Shown here: one piece after another, positions 23,501-37,456 of the stretch
Position numbering within the stretch: position 1 is the first letter of the stretch
Layout of the letters: the number at the start of each line of letters is the position of its first letter
Position numbers and translations under genes: made by a program
Origin: Amphiscolops sp. MND2022
Taxonomy: Eukaryota
Direction of reading: 5' to 3'
Length of the DNA: 64,000 nt
NCBI GenBank assembly: GCA_964187785.1
Contig: OZ076409.1
Location: 18,230,001 to 18,294,000, forward strand
Notes under the pieces: generated by a model
The model's input: only the letters and a program-made list of their open reading frames with translations
The model's database searches: none
What the model was told of the DNA's origin: nothing

Positions 23501-25899
23501 CTCACACGCTGATTGAACGATTCATTGAGATAGAATTTTGAAACAAGATCGTACAATAGGAAATATTTTCCTAGAGTGCGTAAAAAAGGTTTTCATTGAA
23601 AAACACCTTTCAAAAAACCGGTATTTGTGATTCGCTCCGAAAAAGGCGCATAGTGGCAAAAGTTTGGTACTTTGGGCTCGAAAAATGAGTTTTTATTAGT
23701 GAAAACATGTTGAAAAACTGAATCAGGGAACATCTAGTAAAAAGGGAAAAAATCATGAAAAGTAGCACAGAAACAAAAAACAGAGAATTCTTTAGATATG
23801 ATAAAAAACAATTTTTAGTAAACTCTCAACAGTCCCATAATACCAAAACATAACCAGAGCTTACCCTTGTGACTCGGAAAACAGTTGATCTCAACAGAAA
23901 ACATCAACAACGCATATTATAAAACAACTACTCGATAAAATTATTCAGAAAAAAGCCTTACAGAAAAACCAGTCACGAGTACCAAGTCGAAGCTGTAAAA
24001 TTTTGTTTAAGCGGTGATTGAGACCCAGCATTTTAGTATGGAGCGTAGTATATTGGAACTAAACCAGAAAGTATGATATCCAGTGCTGTGTCTTTGAACA
24101 AGCCGGGAAGTCGACGCACTCATAGGCCCGAATAAGAGTAAGGGCACTTCTAAGCGTCAAGGCATCGTTTTTCAAAACAACTCAACTTCATAACGTAAAA
24201 CAAGTCGGCGCTATACCTAAGTCTCAAAAAGCGCAAAGCGTTCAAAATGTGCCCAGAACGTTTTCATGAAAAACTCAGAAAACACTTTCAAAACCTCCAA
24301 AGGGTGCCTTTCGTTCTCAGAAAACGCTTCAGAAGTTCATATGTAGCGTGCTAAGACAAATACGAGCGCTTTTCTGATCCTACGCGCCTCCTCCTCAGTA
24401 AAAAGCACTATAATTCGAGTATAACGAAACCTAATTTCAGGCCAAAAATGAGAATTTTGAAACAGTTTCAGAGTGCCGAAAATGAAAAGGGGGATCCTTT
24501 GGGATTATCAACATCCATTCTATTGCAAAATCTCAAAAATTAAAAAGGGGACCCTTTAGAAACATGTGAAAAAAATTCCGAAAAAACCCTCACCGTCCCG
24601 AAAAAATTGGAAGGGGGATCCTGTAGTCTCGTTCAGTCTTGTATTTTACGTTACAAAAAAGAAAACATGAAAGGGGACTTTGACCTAAATTTCTGCTGGC
24701 CGGATTTGGCCGGTCTGTTGTTTAGTAGTTTTAGTAGTTTCTGAAAAAATTGGACCTTTCAGTGTGAGGTCTGTGGTTTGGAAAACGCTGCACAAAAATC
24801 ACGGACTAAAAGACACGAAGTATGCTTTTTTCGGACTGAAAATACACACCAGAAAATACATCTTTTTCCCCTTTTATCATCATCAGAAACAGCAGAGAAC
24901 CAGAACAAAACTCTTATTGTGAAACAAACGTTTTCAGGAAAAAAGTCGCGCAGTGGCAAAAAAAGGAAGGGTGATCCTTTGGGTGTAAAAAGTATCAAAA
25001 CCAAAACTTCTTCTAGAAGAATAGTTTTTTAACAAATTGCACAGTTTAGAGCTTCTAGAATAATAATGGTTTCTTCCTCTGGACTGAAAAACAAGACAGA
25101 AAGACAATAAGATGAAAAATAAAAGAAAATTAAACCCCTCCATTCTACTGAATGAACCCAGCAGCAATAAGTTTTACAGAAGTTCCGTTACTTGATTATC
25201 TGAATATTGCTACCATTGTTCGGGGCGAATGGGGGGAAAGATCCCACGCTTTTACCTTGGCTACTGCAATAGTTGCTACTGCCTACTGAAGAAGCAGTGA
25301 AAGATGCTCTGTTGAATCGTAGTAGTCGCCATTTATGGTTGAACCATTTACAAACTGAAAGTTTCAAAACCAAATGGCTTGAACCGTTTTGGAGCTCGTT
25401 TTGGTTTTTAACCAAAAGAAATTAACAGTTTGGCACTACAGTTACTCTACTGACTTATCGGTAAAGGTCATTATAAGAAACGAATCAGAGTCTGCGGTAC
25501 AAGATCCCCCTGCAGTACGCTTCATGGACAAGACTCACATTCCAAGTTGTGAGAACAAGTGTTTCGAACTTAGCTCCCTCAATGAAACGAGAATTTCAGA
25601 TATGCTCCAGCAAATCATCTGATGAGAAATCGATCAATGCGGCTATCTTTCGAGTAAAATGGCAGCTGGAAATCTCATCACAGACAGCAATCCAAACAGT
25701 GATCGAAACAGCCCTAGTATGAATGAAAGATGAAGTGAATAAAGACTTGTTGGGTGAACTCGAGGTCTTTCGTAAAATTTCAGAACACAAGATGTGACGT
25801 GATTTTGAGCCTTTCGAAAATTACGACAGAACCATTGAACTTGCGTTTTTAACCGGAAACAAGTTGAGACTACTGTTATTCAGAAGGAAACAGGGTGAA

Positions 25900-26050
25900 G
25901 CCACATATCGATGCAGACAGTCCTGACAATGGCTAACAAGCTGGAAGTCAACGTGACAGCTTCAGCTATCCTAATAGCTCACCGAGTCCCTTCCAACCCG
26001 CAATGAGTCGAAGTCCATTGTTGTAAAATTTTGTCGACAAGTCGCTTGAA
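25900..26050 (+). pseudogene. Decayed LINE ORF1-like fragment
   Basis: Translates as QTVLTMANKLEVNVTASAILIAHRVPS...SIVVKF, matching the AHR...IVKF pattern of LINE ORF1p; frame disrupted. Confidence 0.45.
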
Positions 26051-27258
26051 TAGGTTGTTTCAAGAAGAAGAAGAAGCTTTCACAAGACCCTCCCGACATA
26101 AGTAATGTTTAAAAAATTGAAGTGTCACTGTCACGAGAATCCATTTCATCAAAATGATGGGAGACAATGGTCCAGTAGACTCTGTCTGTACACGGGATGT
26201 TGTCATAAATTTCAAGTCCACGGTCGATGCAAAAGTATATACAATCAAGAGCCTGTACGACGGTGGTTGTCAACACGAGTACAATGTCAATGTCATGAAA
26301 ACATTTGAGTGAAAACAAAATCAAATTTGAACATTTTCACTGTTACATGGGGAACTGAATTTTCGTCCAGTGAACGTTTTGAAACCCCAACAATTCGAGT
26401 TATCGAACGTTTAGTCGTTGTGGAATGTAGTAGAGTTTTGTGACCCAACTCAAACCTCGCAGCACTGTCAGGCCTATCGCGTTGAAATAATAGCGCAATT
26501 GTACGAAAACATGCTTGGAGGGTCAATTCGGTATTTAAACCAATCCGAATGCAATGTAAACGCTGTTTCACGTCATGACTAGTGTCCATCCGGCTCAGTT
26601 CGAACACGATTAAAAGGAAAAAAGCGGGAAATTTTTCATCATACAATCCTGTTTGAACGTAACAATCAATTTTTTGAGAATTATTGGAATCTCTCGCAAA
26701 GAAATGTGCGAAAAAAAAATCGAAATTGTTTTCGTTAGGACTCATGTTATACCTTCGGAAGCTTCTGCCAACTGTTTATGTAAAGTAACTGAATGTAAAA
26801 ACTAAACTATTCAGTACATATGTACATCTCATGAGCCATGTAATGTCATACAATCACTTCGGTAGATAATAGCCATATATAGCCACCTATGGAAAATGTC
26901 ATTAGAAGTTTGTATCCTTCGACTGAGCTGTAAGTAGTTTCACAACCAGCAACCTAGGGAGAATTGGAGTACAAAAAAAAGAAATTGAAGAGAATTATGA
27001 ATAGTCGTCTTAACATATATGGTATTTCGATTGATTTTTTTTCGAAAGTGTAATGTTTCGTTTCTGTATTTCTGATCTGATCGTAATTTTTTTTCGAAGT
27101 TAATGGCTGAAAACTAAATCATACAGAGTTTCAAAAGGTACGAATGCTTTCCGTATTGATTTCCGTTTTATTGTTTGACTGTTCAATGAAAGTGATTTCA
27201 ATGACAAGACGTTTTCGAAACAACCAGAGTCTGCTTTATTTTCTTAGAAAGTATTGTT

Positions 27259-27571
27259 AGATCTCTTTCACTATATCCCCCCTACAGCAAAAAGGGGGGA
27301 CATAGTGAAACGCTATTAAATGCATGTAATGCACATTCTAATAGCGCAGATCTGATCTTATCTAACAACGCTTCTGATTGGCTGAGTGGTGATTTTGATA
27401 AAAAGAACCAATAAAAAGTGTCGTTAGTTATGACGACATCAATTGATTGACAGAATAGCATGAGAGATTAGCCAATAGGAAATAAATATAAATAGGCCAC
27501 AAACATTTATTTTCTCTAGGGGGGACATAGTGTAACGAGTGATGTAGGGGGGGACATAGTGAAAGAGATCC
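27259..27571. mobile_element. MITE with 8-bp TSD
   Basis: GTATTGTT on both sides; TIR GATCTCTTTCACTAT.TCCCCCC. Confidence 0.8.
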
Positions 27572-27928
27572 GTATTGTTCAAACAAATAACAACGATTGA
27601 TTCAGTGACTTTTTGCATTCTGAAATAACGCAACTTCATTCACGCAATAAGCTGAATTGTAAATCTAAATGATCAAAAGCTGCTACACAATCAACTGTCA
27701 CAACCTTCCGAGAGCTGCCATGAACACAACATTGTAATGAACATCACAAACCAATGCGCAGTATTTACACAACAATGTGTTAACATGATAATTACAGTGT
27801 AGGAAGCTGAAAATTTGCAAAACGACATTCAATTTTGTTTTACAAAATCAGCGTGCTTTCAGCATCTTGATTTTGATTGGCTAAACAAATAAAATAGACA
27901 TTTCAATCACCTACGAAATCATCATAAT

Positions 27929-28171
27929 GTGCGAAAATTGCCACCATGGTCGCCAATGTTTAATCCTATCGAAGAAGCTTTTTCAATTTGGAAATTTGAA
28001 ATTAAACGAATTCTTGCCGAAGCCGACGTAAGGAATGAGCTGATGAATTTGGGTGATAATCGTCAAGTTACTATGATACAATGGCGAAAAAATATTTTGA
28101 AAAAAGAAGGCCTGTCTGCTTTGGGAGTGATAACTCAGGCGAAATGTTCGCGATTTTACAATCACTCATAA
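27929..28171 (+). pseudogene. IS630/Tc1-family transposase C-terminal remnant
   Basis: LPPWSPMFNPIEEAFSIWK matches the LPxYSPxLNPIE motif; no upstream DD region found. Confidence 0.7.
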
Positions 28172-29724
28172 TTGTTTCTATACAAAGCAATCCGTGAAAT
28201 TGATTTGTAAAATTGAATGTCGAATTGTTAAATTTGAATGTCTATTTATTGAATTCAAGTTTTCATCTGATTGGTTGAGGAGTTTTGAATGTCGTTTTGC
28301 AAATTTTCAACGTCCGGCACTGTATTACTGTAAAGTAAAGCAGTCAATTACCAGGCAAAGAGCCAGCGTATTGACTGAAAATAAACAGTGAGCACGGGGA
28401 CTGGAGTGCTGCCTCTGTGACAACACAGAGTATTACCAACCATAGTTAGATAACAATTCAACCAATCAGCTCAGACCGTATGTGAGTGAACACAGCTGAA
28501 AAGTAGATGTCCCAGGCAGCCTACCAGGTAAATATACTTCAATCAGCGGCCTAGTTAACAATCCCATTGACTCAAAATTTCTTGTGATTTAATCAACTTT
28601 CCAATGTGCCAATTTTCATTATTTAATGACTTAAACCAATCGAAAACGTTAAATAAAGGGCCAAATTAGGCAAAAAATGTATCTGTTATCACTTCATTAG
28701 TACACGTGCAGTTTGAAGTTATAATACGTTGAGTCAACGCCCTACTAACAAAACAGGCAGCCTACTAAAACTTGTTGACAGAATAGCTCTCCCAGTCCTT
28801 ATACTAGCTGATATGCACAAATAAAAAACGTGACATTGCCAATATTGATGGTAAACATTTGGTGTAGTTTCGACAACTCGTTTAACAAACCACGCTTTTT
28901 GATAAATATGGCCCTGTTGGTGATTCATTTAGGTTTCTCGATGATTTAAACATGTACCAACAGAATGCCTCACAAACCGTAACATGGGACTGTTCACCAG
29001 GCTTATGACCTATAATTTATTTGTCTTTTACTATTGTTTCTATTTTTCTTGAAGTATTCCTCCATTTTTTCATTGTTTGTTATTACTTGAATTGAAAATC
29101 AAAATATTTTGCCATATAACCCATTATGAAGTTTTGAAATTCTTCAAGTTTGTTTACACCTTCTTGATGGAGAATACTTTTTACCGCGTTAGTTAGCTGG
29201 GGTTTTGTACTTCAGTGCAACTTCGGCTCAGCATGATGAATTGACGGGAATTGAAGAGTAGGGGACCCAGAATTACAATTAAACTAAGAAGTTCACTTCC
29301 ATTTTAGTTTGAATTGTGATGAACTGGAAAGCATAAATCACAAGAAAGCTTTCCTTTTTGTGTTTTCCGACCTCGAAAGGACGCCGAGTTAAACAAAGTG
29401 TGCAGTACACGTACGGAATTTTTTCCGCTGGCCTTGTACAAAAGTTTGATACCTGACGCGGTACCAAAAAATTTGAATATTTAAATAGTTTTGAAGGCTT
29501 TGTAAGCTTTAATACTTTCATTTTGATTCGTTTCATCGAAATTCCTAAATCTCCATTCAACTATTCAACTCAGTAAAACTTGAGAAAACGCAGCTAGAAG
29601 ACAGTTAAAATCAGTAACGAAATTCAACTTTTCACTATCTCATCACTTTTCCCTAGATTAAGCCTGACAAGACAAACTAAGAACTGAGAGGAAGTCGAAG
29701 TAGTAAATCACTCCGGCGAAAAGT

Positions 29725-29845
29725 GAGAAGGACATTGAGGAGTTAACCAACAAGATTCAAAATCGAGTCTCTGAAAGGCTCAACGACACGGAAATGGGCC
29801 AGATGGAAATCTCAAGGCTAATTGAGAATTAATCTTCCAGAAAGG
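29725..29845 (+). pseudogene. Relic of an LTR-encoded Gag N-terminus related to element 2
   Basis: EELTNKIQNRVSERLNDTEMGQMEISRLIEN*SS versus element 2 ADLTQKIEKSVNKRIKDTETGQRELLKLIENLSS. Confidence 0.6.
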
Positions 29846-30927
29846 ACAGTCTATCAGTCTCTCAGATCCGTGTGAATCTCTAGAGGAACATCCCAACAAA
29901 GTACAACTGAATTGCCTCTTTTCATTTTTGAGGCTTTTTCTGTGAATTTTGAGTTTCAGTGAACTTGAGTGCGAATTTCAGACCAAGTTTTTTGGAAGTT
30001 ACCCGCGAAATTACGTCCATCTCTAATCACACGTGCTTTTTTCAGCACTTTGTTTTAATTAGCTTCCATCATTAGTTACAACCAGAATTATAGAAAAACT
30101 GGCCGGGTTATCGACATCGGTCCATGCACAATACAAAAGTGAGGTGTTTTTATAGCGACACAAAATCCATTTCCCACGGATCAAAACATACACTGATCAA
30201 TGTTTTTTTTCAACAAATAACAATGACCAAAGAACTTAAAAGTGTGTCCCAAAAAAGGTAAATTGTAATAACCAAACTCAAAAAGTCAAGTAGTAAATTT
30301 CAAGCAATTTTCTCTCTTTGAAAGCCATAAAAATTGAAAACGAAATCTCTTTCGACACTAAGTTTTATCAAGACAACAGCAGAAACAGTTACCTCATTTG
30401 TTTTTTGTTCGTTTTTGGACACGGAAGTTTTGCTTCTGAGCCCATTATTACCAAAAAGAATCAAGGCCCCTTTCAACCCTGACGACTCGATTCGCATGTT
30501 TTCTAAAGTTTTCAGCCATAATCCTGATACTGTAAACGAACTAATGGACGTTGAAGAAACAACACGCCAGTTGCAGAACGAATCAGGTATCAGAAAAGGA
30601 AGGAAACAACTTGAGGGCAAGAGCTTCTTGCTGTTTCCACGCTTCTGAAAAACAATTCGATGACTTCGTGTAAGAACGAATGCAATCATGAAAAACGGCA
30701 TAAAGTTTTCCACAATTGAATAATTCGGTTCATCTTTCTATACTTATTTGTTTGGCTTCAGCAAACAGTTACTTGTTATCTTTTTAAGTGAAACCCTGCA
30801 GAATACTACTTTGTTTTATCAATACTGCACTGTAAAATAAGTCATCTCTACACAGTGGAGTCCATCTATCTAACTAACTGAATGCCCTCCACAAACCGAT
30901 CATCTCCAAGCGGAAATTAATGCTAAT

Positions 30928-32431
30928 GGTTACATGACATTTCGTCCTATACACTACCGGGTTGTGACCCTCTTACTAGCATCTTGGCTGTCTTGGCAAG
31001 ATCTTGCCAAATTCTTACTACATCTTGGCAACCATGGATCCCATGGCAAGATTCTTATTAAGATCTTACTAAGATAATACTTATTCCAAGATCGTACCTT
31101 ATCACGATGGACAAAATTGTTAGGTTATAAAAAAACACTATACCTTCGGTACAAGCAGCCGAGACTCAATCTAAAGGCTCATTTCACCCAACAACGACTA
31201 TTTCTACTCGTTTCCTTAATCAAAATGCTTAAACCTGCTGAAAAAAAAATTTGCATGCAAAAATGCGTGAAAAATTACGATAACGTAGTCTGGCTTCCAA
31301 AACTTTGACGAAAATCCTAATAACTGCTCACCTGTTTAGGACTGAGAAATGCGAATGTACCAAATGAAAGGTTATTTCAAGGGCTTTCCAAAACTTGTAA
31401 TGTATCACTCCTGTCGATTCCAGAGGCGGAGAAATATGCTCTCAAACGTCCAGACCCACTATCGGAAAGTTACAAAGGAAAGACCTTAAAATCTTGAAAC
31501 TTTTGAAAAAATTATATTTCCAGCTTTCATTGAGCTTGTTTCAGCAGCCTTATTACTGTTAGAAACGGCGGTCATTGCTCTAATTTGGGTAATGATTCAG
31601 CTCAAGGCTTTTCTGACGCCGTTGTTGGCGACAGTTTTGCAATTGAAAGAACAGTATCGATATCGAAATGGTTGTAAAAATCATTCACTAATTTTGTTTT
31701 GAGTGATGTCTAGATTATTTTTCCATAACTCTTAATTTAATGGTTTTCTGATTCTACTTTTTCTCGATATCGAGCAGTTCGTAGCAATTTTTTTCTTGCC
31801 ATATTCGCCTTCTTAGTTAGATTTTTCTTGCCATATTAGGCTTCTTAGTAAGATTTTTCTTGGAAACATGGCTCTCTTAATAAGATCTTACCATGGCATC
31901 TTGCAATTCTTAGCAATATCTTGTCACGATCTTAGCTAAGATTTTTCCAAGATCTTGGCAAGATCTTGCCAAGATCTTACTAAGATATCCATGGAGGGTC
32001 GACCCGGGCTTTCAACCTATGCAATTTCAACCGTTGCCATTTCAACCGCTCACAATTTCAACCTATTGCATTTTCAACCGTCCGCAATTTCAACGTAAAC
32101 AAATTTTGGCTATTTAGTCTTAATTCGGTTGAGCTGTTATCTCAGTACAATATTTACTAATGAGTCAAACAGCCTTAATTTATGGTAATTTTTCATGAAG
32201 AAGCCAAAACGTATCAACACTGGCGAAAAAATTAGCACATTTGAATTTAGAAATGTATGAAAGCTAAAACCAAAATAATTATGTATCTAATTATGATCCA
32301 TTAGCCGAAATTAGTATAGGTCGAAATTGCGGACAGTTGAAAATGCAATAGGTTGAAATTGCGAGCGGTTGAAATGGCAACGGTTGAAAGTGCATAGGTT
32401 GAAATTGCATAGGATAAAATGTCCTGACACC
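30928..32431. mobile_element. Foldback/Mutator-like MITE with 9-bp TSD AATGCTAAT, interrupted by a second element
   Basis: TSD at 30919-30927 and 32432-32440; inverted TTCAACC / GGTTGAA repeat arrays. Confidence 0.8.
30956..32008. mobile_element. Nested non-autonomous element with CAAGATCTT subterminal repeats, 2-bp TSD CT
   Basis: CT|ACCGGGTTGTGACCCTC ... GAGGGTCGACCCGGG|CT. Confidence 0.7.
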
Positions 32432-33926
32432 AATGCTAATAGGGGTACCGGTATTAGGCACTGTTAAAGTTTAATTGAGTTCATTTTCAGTCTACGTTTT
32501 CCACACTGGGAGCTTTTCGACTGTAGTTCACGGCATAAAAATTCGTCACAGATGTATCCAAGATATCAGCATAAGAATTACCATGCAGAAGAAATTCTGA
32601 CAGTAGCGATGGGATAAAAACATTTGCCAAGAGTTTTTTCAAACTGGCATTCATATTTCGTGATGAGACTGTAACTAACCACTCCCTTATCAAGATGATA
32701 ACACATGTTTGAACATGTAATGAATGTGTACTGAATCTATGAAAAACTTGTCTGTGGGGGGTGGGGGATAGAAAAATTTGTTGCTGTAACAGACGGTTCT
32801 CTGACTTGCCGAACTTTCTTGACAATCGAGGGGTTCCCCGGTAACATACCCCTGGTGCTTACCATTGAAGGATGGTACCAACAATTGACGTGACTCATGA
32901 CTGTAAATTCAACATCTCGAGTCGAGTGAACTCTTGCCAATCCGTAGCCGCCACTTGTTACAACAACATCTTTAGAGCGGCTCAGAATCAAAGGAGGCGA
33001 GAGAACTTTTCCAGATTGTTCAATTTCCCAACTATATACTTTTATATAAATCAATCAACGGAAAAAACTTTTCACGATGGGAAACTACAGTCGCTCTTAC
33101 ATGTTTCGTAACACTAAACCTACATAGTGTGAAATATAGCATGGTTTTGTAAAATGGAAGCTTATACTGAACAAAAGTTGAAATTTTGTAGCACCCGTAA
33201 TGAAAACACAGGTATCAGCTGAAGAAACTTTATTTTGAAGAGTGCATACTGGCTTCAAAACAAGGAAAACCAAGAAGTTAATGGCACTGCGGTGTTTTTC
33301 ATATGCTCTTACAAGATGCCTCGACATATTTTTCTATTAATATGTAACTAAAAGTGGTTCGAAGCTCTTCAGATCCCAATTCAACATGATCTGACATCAA
33401 AAACTGAATAATCACGAAAATTTCTGCAGCTGTTTTGTCCGAGACATACTTTTGCTAAAAATTGATGTGTAAAAAGTAACTGTATGTACTTGGCTCCATT
33501 CGACAAGAATCAAAACTCTCCACAAACAGCCCGTACTGGCACTCCACAGCCAACCACCGGTGGCCATCAATGAAGACACTTTCGGGCTGCCAGTTTCGTT
33601 TCCACCGGAGGAGATCTTATCCCCTTTTTCTTTTAGTTCTTATTCTTTAGATCTTATTAACCTCTTTCTGGTTGAAAGCTTCGGCCCAAACATCTTGAGT
33701 CTGGCTAACTATACAAAAACAGTGGAAGAAATCACTTGATGGAACTTGAGGAGAAAAATTACAGGGCCTTTTTTCACTTTTCGTTACATCTCCAAAAAAT
33801 CACCCAAAGTTCCATAATTTGGAATTGGAATAGCTCATCTTTTGTTCGAATTCGGAAACCTAGAAATGCTTCAACTTCTAACTGTGAAGTTTTGACGCTG
33901 ATACTGAGTTTGGACTTTTGTTTCAG

Positions 33927-33977
33927 GACATGTCAATGAAAGATAGTCAACGAGAGGCATTTGTTTCCATGCTCATG
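33927..33977 (+). CDS. Candidate 51-bp internal exon (DMSMKDSQREAFVSMLM)
   Basis: TTTTGTTTCAG acceptor and GTAAGT donor; open only in phase 0. Confidence 0.3.
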
Positions 33978-34084
33978 GTAAGTTTCTCTCACCGTTAAAA
34001 ACTGGAGTCGGATTTTTAAAACCTTTTCTTTTACAAAAACTTTTCTCAAAGTTTTACCACGAAAATTTTAAGATGATAGTTTAA

Positions 34085-34819
34085 CCCATACAAACCGACC
34101 CATTTGAAGAATTTGTTTGCTAAGCCCCAGCACAATAAACTCCCAAGGTTTGTTCACTTTTTAGCCTGATGTATTGTATTCATCAATACTGCTTCATTTT
34201 TCTAATTTAAATAATCCGTGTTCATTTTCCCGACGCGTCGTAAATTCACCCGCGTAGCTATCAACGTACCCTAAGGTACCAAAAAGCTAGACATTCAATT
34301 TGGCTATCGAAATTTTTCAAACCGCAGTATCTATTAAAATATTTATTTTACCAGAAGAGCCCAGGAGCAAAAAGCTTTCTAAATTTGATCAGATTTGAAC
34401 AATTCTATTTTGTTTTGAAGTCAAATCAGATTTTCAAAACTTATATCTCATTGTAATTTTTCGGACTTTATCACGCAATATTGACTTCAAAACAAAATAA
34501 AATTGGTCAAATCTGATCAAATTTTGAAAGCTTTTTGCTCCTGGGCTCTTCTGGTAAAGTAAATATTTTAATAGATATTGCGGTTTGATAATTTTCCTTA
34601 GCCAAATTGAATGTCTAGCTTTTCGGTACCTTAGGGTACGTTGATAGCTACCTGGGTGAATTTACGACGCGTCGGGAAAATCAACAGGGATTATTTAAAT
34701 TGGAAAAATGAAACAGTATTGATGAATATAATACATCAGGCTAAAAAGTGAACAAACCTTGGGGGTTTATTGTGTTGGGGCTTACCAAAAAATTCTTCAA
34801 ATGGCTCGGTTTGTATGGG
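34085..34819. mobile_element. Almost fully palindromic piggyBac-type MITE
   Basis: TTAA|CCCATACAAACC ... GGTTTGTATGGG|TTAA; about 340-bp inverted arms. Confidence 0.9.
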
Positions 34820-36081
34820 TTAAATTATTATCTTAAATTTATACTTATATTTTTATCTATACTTTTATCTTATATATTTTGACTTATATCTTGAATCTTA
34901 AGGCATATGCCTTAAAAATACTGGTCAGAAGGAAAACGTCTTTTACTAATTTTTGTAGCAATGACACTGTTCTTCCTGAATGTGTAATGATTCATTGCGA
35001 TTTGAACTTTTTTGTCAGCGACTTCGAGTGCTTTTAGCTTTTTGTTACCCTAGTGTATCATTAATTCTCTAATATTTTCATAAGATTCACAAGGGTCAGT
35101 AAAAAGTTACGTAAGAGAGTTTGAGCTAAAGAATTTAATTCAATTGTTTTAGGCGAACATGGGTGACGAAATGCACTATTTCCACGTAGCGCAACAAGTT
35201 AAGATGTTGAAAAACCGACTGTCGGAGTTCGCGGCTGGCGAAGTTACCGCCACTTATCTCTTCAGTTACTATGACAGCAACGCAAATGGTAAAATAGAAA
35301 ATAACGAATTCGGTTAGTAGAAGATTATTCATTGTCCCCCAAATTTGCAATGAAGTAAAATTTAGCTGAAACGGACAAAAAATACAGATTGCCAAAGTTC
35401 ATGTTTAATTACAAAAGTTTGGTATTCATATATCTATTGATTGGAAAAAGTGCAAATGAAAGCTGCAAAAACTAAGTCAATAGAAAATCGCCGAAACTGG
35501 AAATGCTTAAATTTTTTGAAGCTTTTCAAGGTTGCCAACAGTTTTTCTAGAAGTCTTACGTAGACTTTTATGCAATGATACTTTCCTGTTACATTCGACT
35601 TATATCATGTTGCTCGAAGGGTTCATTAAAAATTTGCCGTAATTCGGAACCACATACAGAGAAAATTTCTCAATTAGGCGTCCCTTGACTTTTTGGGAAT
35701 CTTTTCGATTTTTTTTCGGGAAGACTGCGAAAATATATGCCATTCAGCGTGAGCTCCGTTGTCTGAAGAAGAACACTAGTCACTGTAGTAATATGGCAAG
35801 TGCCTTTACAGAATACAAACAATCATATGAAAAAAGGTTTAAAAACTTAGACAAGTTAAATTGAAGATTCTCGTTTTTTTTCATCGTGAGTTTCAAACTG
35901 ATGAAATGGAGTTTTACGCGAAGGTGTTTTTAAGATGCAGCTTTGCTGCAGACCAAATGTGCTCCCGATTAAACTTCAGTCTTTCTTGGAATTTGTTGAG
36001 TTCCGTTGATGGTAATTGAACAGTTGGTTCAAACTATTATTACCTTTTTAAATCATTTTGTTCTCTTGGTTGTTTTTTCAG

Positions 36082-36245
36082 CACCGATAATCTACGACTC
36101 TTACGACCACGAGGGCCAACAGAGCATGACGACTTGGTACAACATCGTGAACGGGGTGGACGATTTGCATATTGAGTTCCCAACTGGCATCTCCACCGTG
36201 GCAGCCCTGAAGACCTATCTGGAAACCAACGTCCAGGGAGTGTAG
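36082..36245 (+). CDS. Candidate terminal exon of an unidentified host gene
   Basis: Pyrimidine-rich acceptor followed by a GC-richer coding-like frame PIIYDSYDHEGQQSMTTWYNIVNGVDDL...QGV*. Confidence 0.4.
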
Positions 36246-36564
36246 AATTTAACAACGCAGCTCTGAATTAGAGTTCCAGACACAGTTCCAGAAAAATCCT
36301 ATCATCTGAAAATGGATCTAAATAGCTTCAAGACTTGCCTGGTGAAGGGTGTTTCTCTGATTGGAATTGCTTATTAATGAATTGCACATTGCACGAATCT
36401 TTTCGCGTAGATTTTTTTGCTGAAATTTGTGGGAAAGTGTAACAGGAAATCACGCACTGAGAGTGAGCCTTACCTAAAAAATGATGCTAGGGAATCCTGA
36501 ACCTTGTGCTTTTCTCTAATCGCCATAAAGTCTGAAGAAAGAACTAGTTAGCACAATTGTTGGT

Positions 36565-37043
36565 TGGGCGACAAATCGTCCCAAGCGGCAATTCGTCCCA
36601 AATTCCCAAAAGCGACAATTCGTCCCAAGCGACAATTCGTCCCAAATTCCAAAAAGCGACAATTCATTCCAAGCGGCAGTTCGTCCCATTTTGAAGAGGC
36701 GACAATTCGTCGCATTTGTAAACAACGACAAATCGTCCCAAATTGTTCAATTGATCAGCTAATTGCCAATCTCTTGAGCATTAAAAATCAAACAATGAAT
36801 TGAAACAAGAATTGAACAAATAGACTACAAACGATTACATTTAATCGTTAATTTACATTACATTTAAGCCCTAGGGTGGCTGTTAATTGTTGGTACCTGG
36901 CTCTAAATGTAATCCTTCTGGATTCATTATTACAAAGGTATTAATTGGAAATTAAATTGGGGACGAATTGCAGCTTTTAATAATTGGGACGAATTGTCGC
37001 TTTCTCAAAATGGGACGAATTGCCGCTTGGGACGAATTGTCGC
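36565..37043. repeat. Foldback-like element with inverted arrays of GCGACAATTCGTCCCA
   Basis: Direct units at 36565-36740, inverted units at 36959-37043. Confidence 0.7.
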
Positions 37044-37456
37044 TTTACGAGCACATTTAGCTCTGACATTGAAAATTCTTTCACTTCAATAATTGCCATA
37101 AATCATCCGTCCATTACCGATGCAATGCGACTCGCTCAAAGTTTTGCATAAACTAAATCACTGAAGTTTCGGATGTCTCACCGTAATCGTGATCGTTTCT
37201 CTAATTGTAACTATCAATGACTCTGATGTAAGAAATTGCAGAGAGACAGACGCTCTGTTTCTAGAATCAGCAAAAGGATCAATCGATTAATTGTTACCCA
37301 AACTTTCCTAGGCTTGATTATCCCGGCTAGAAAGTGAATTTTTCAAAAGATTCCTTTGTATTTAGTTGTATAAATTTAATAAGTTCACAGCATATAACTA
37401 ACGCCCACTTATAATTACGCAAGTTTGAGGTAGCATGCTTTTGGTAATGACTGACA

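Noticed and set aside
30300..30713. Overlapping 137-aa and 104-aa ORFs
   Set aside because: No recognisable motif or supporting splice structure
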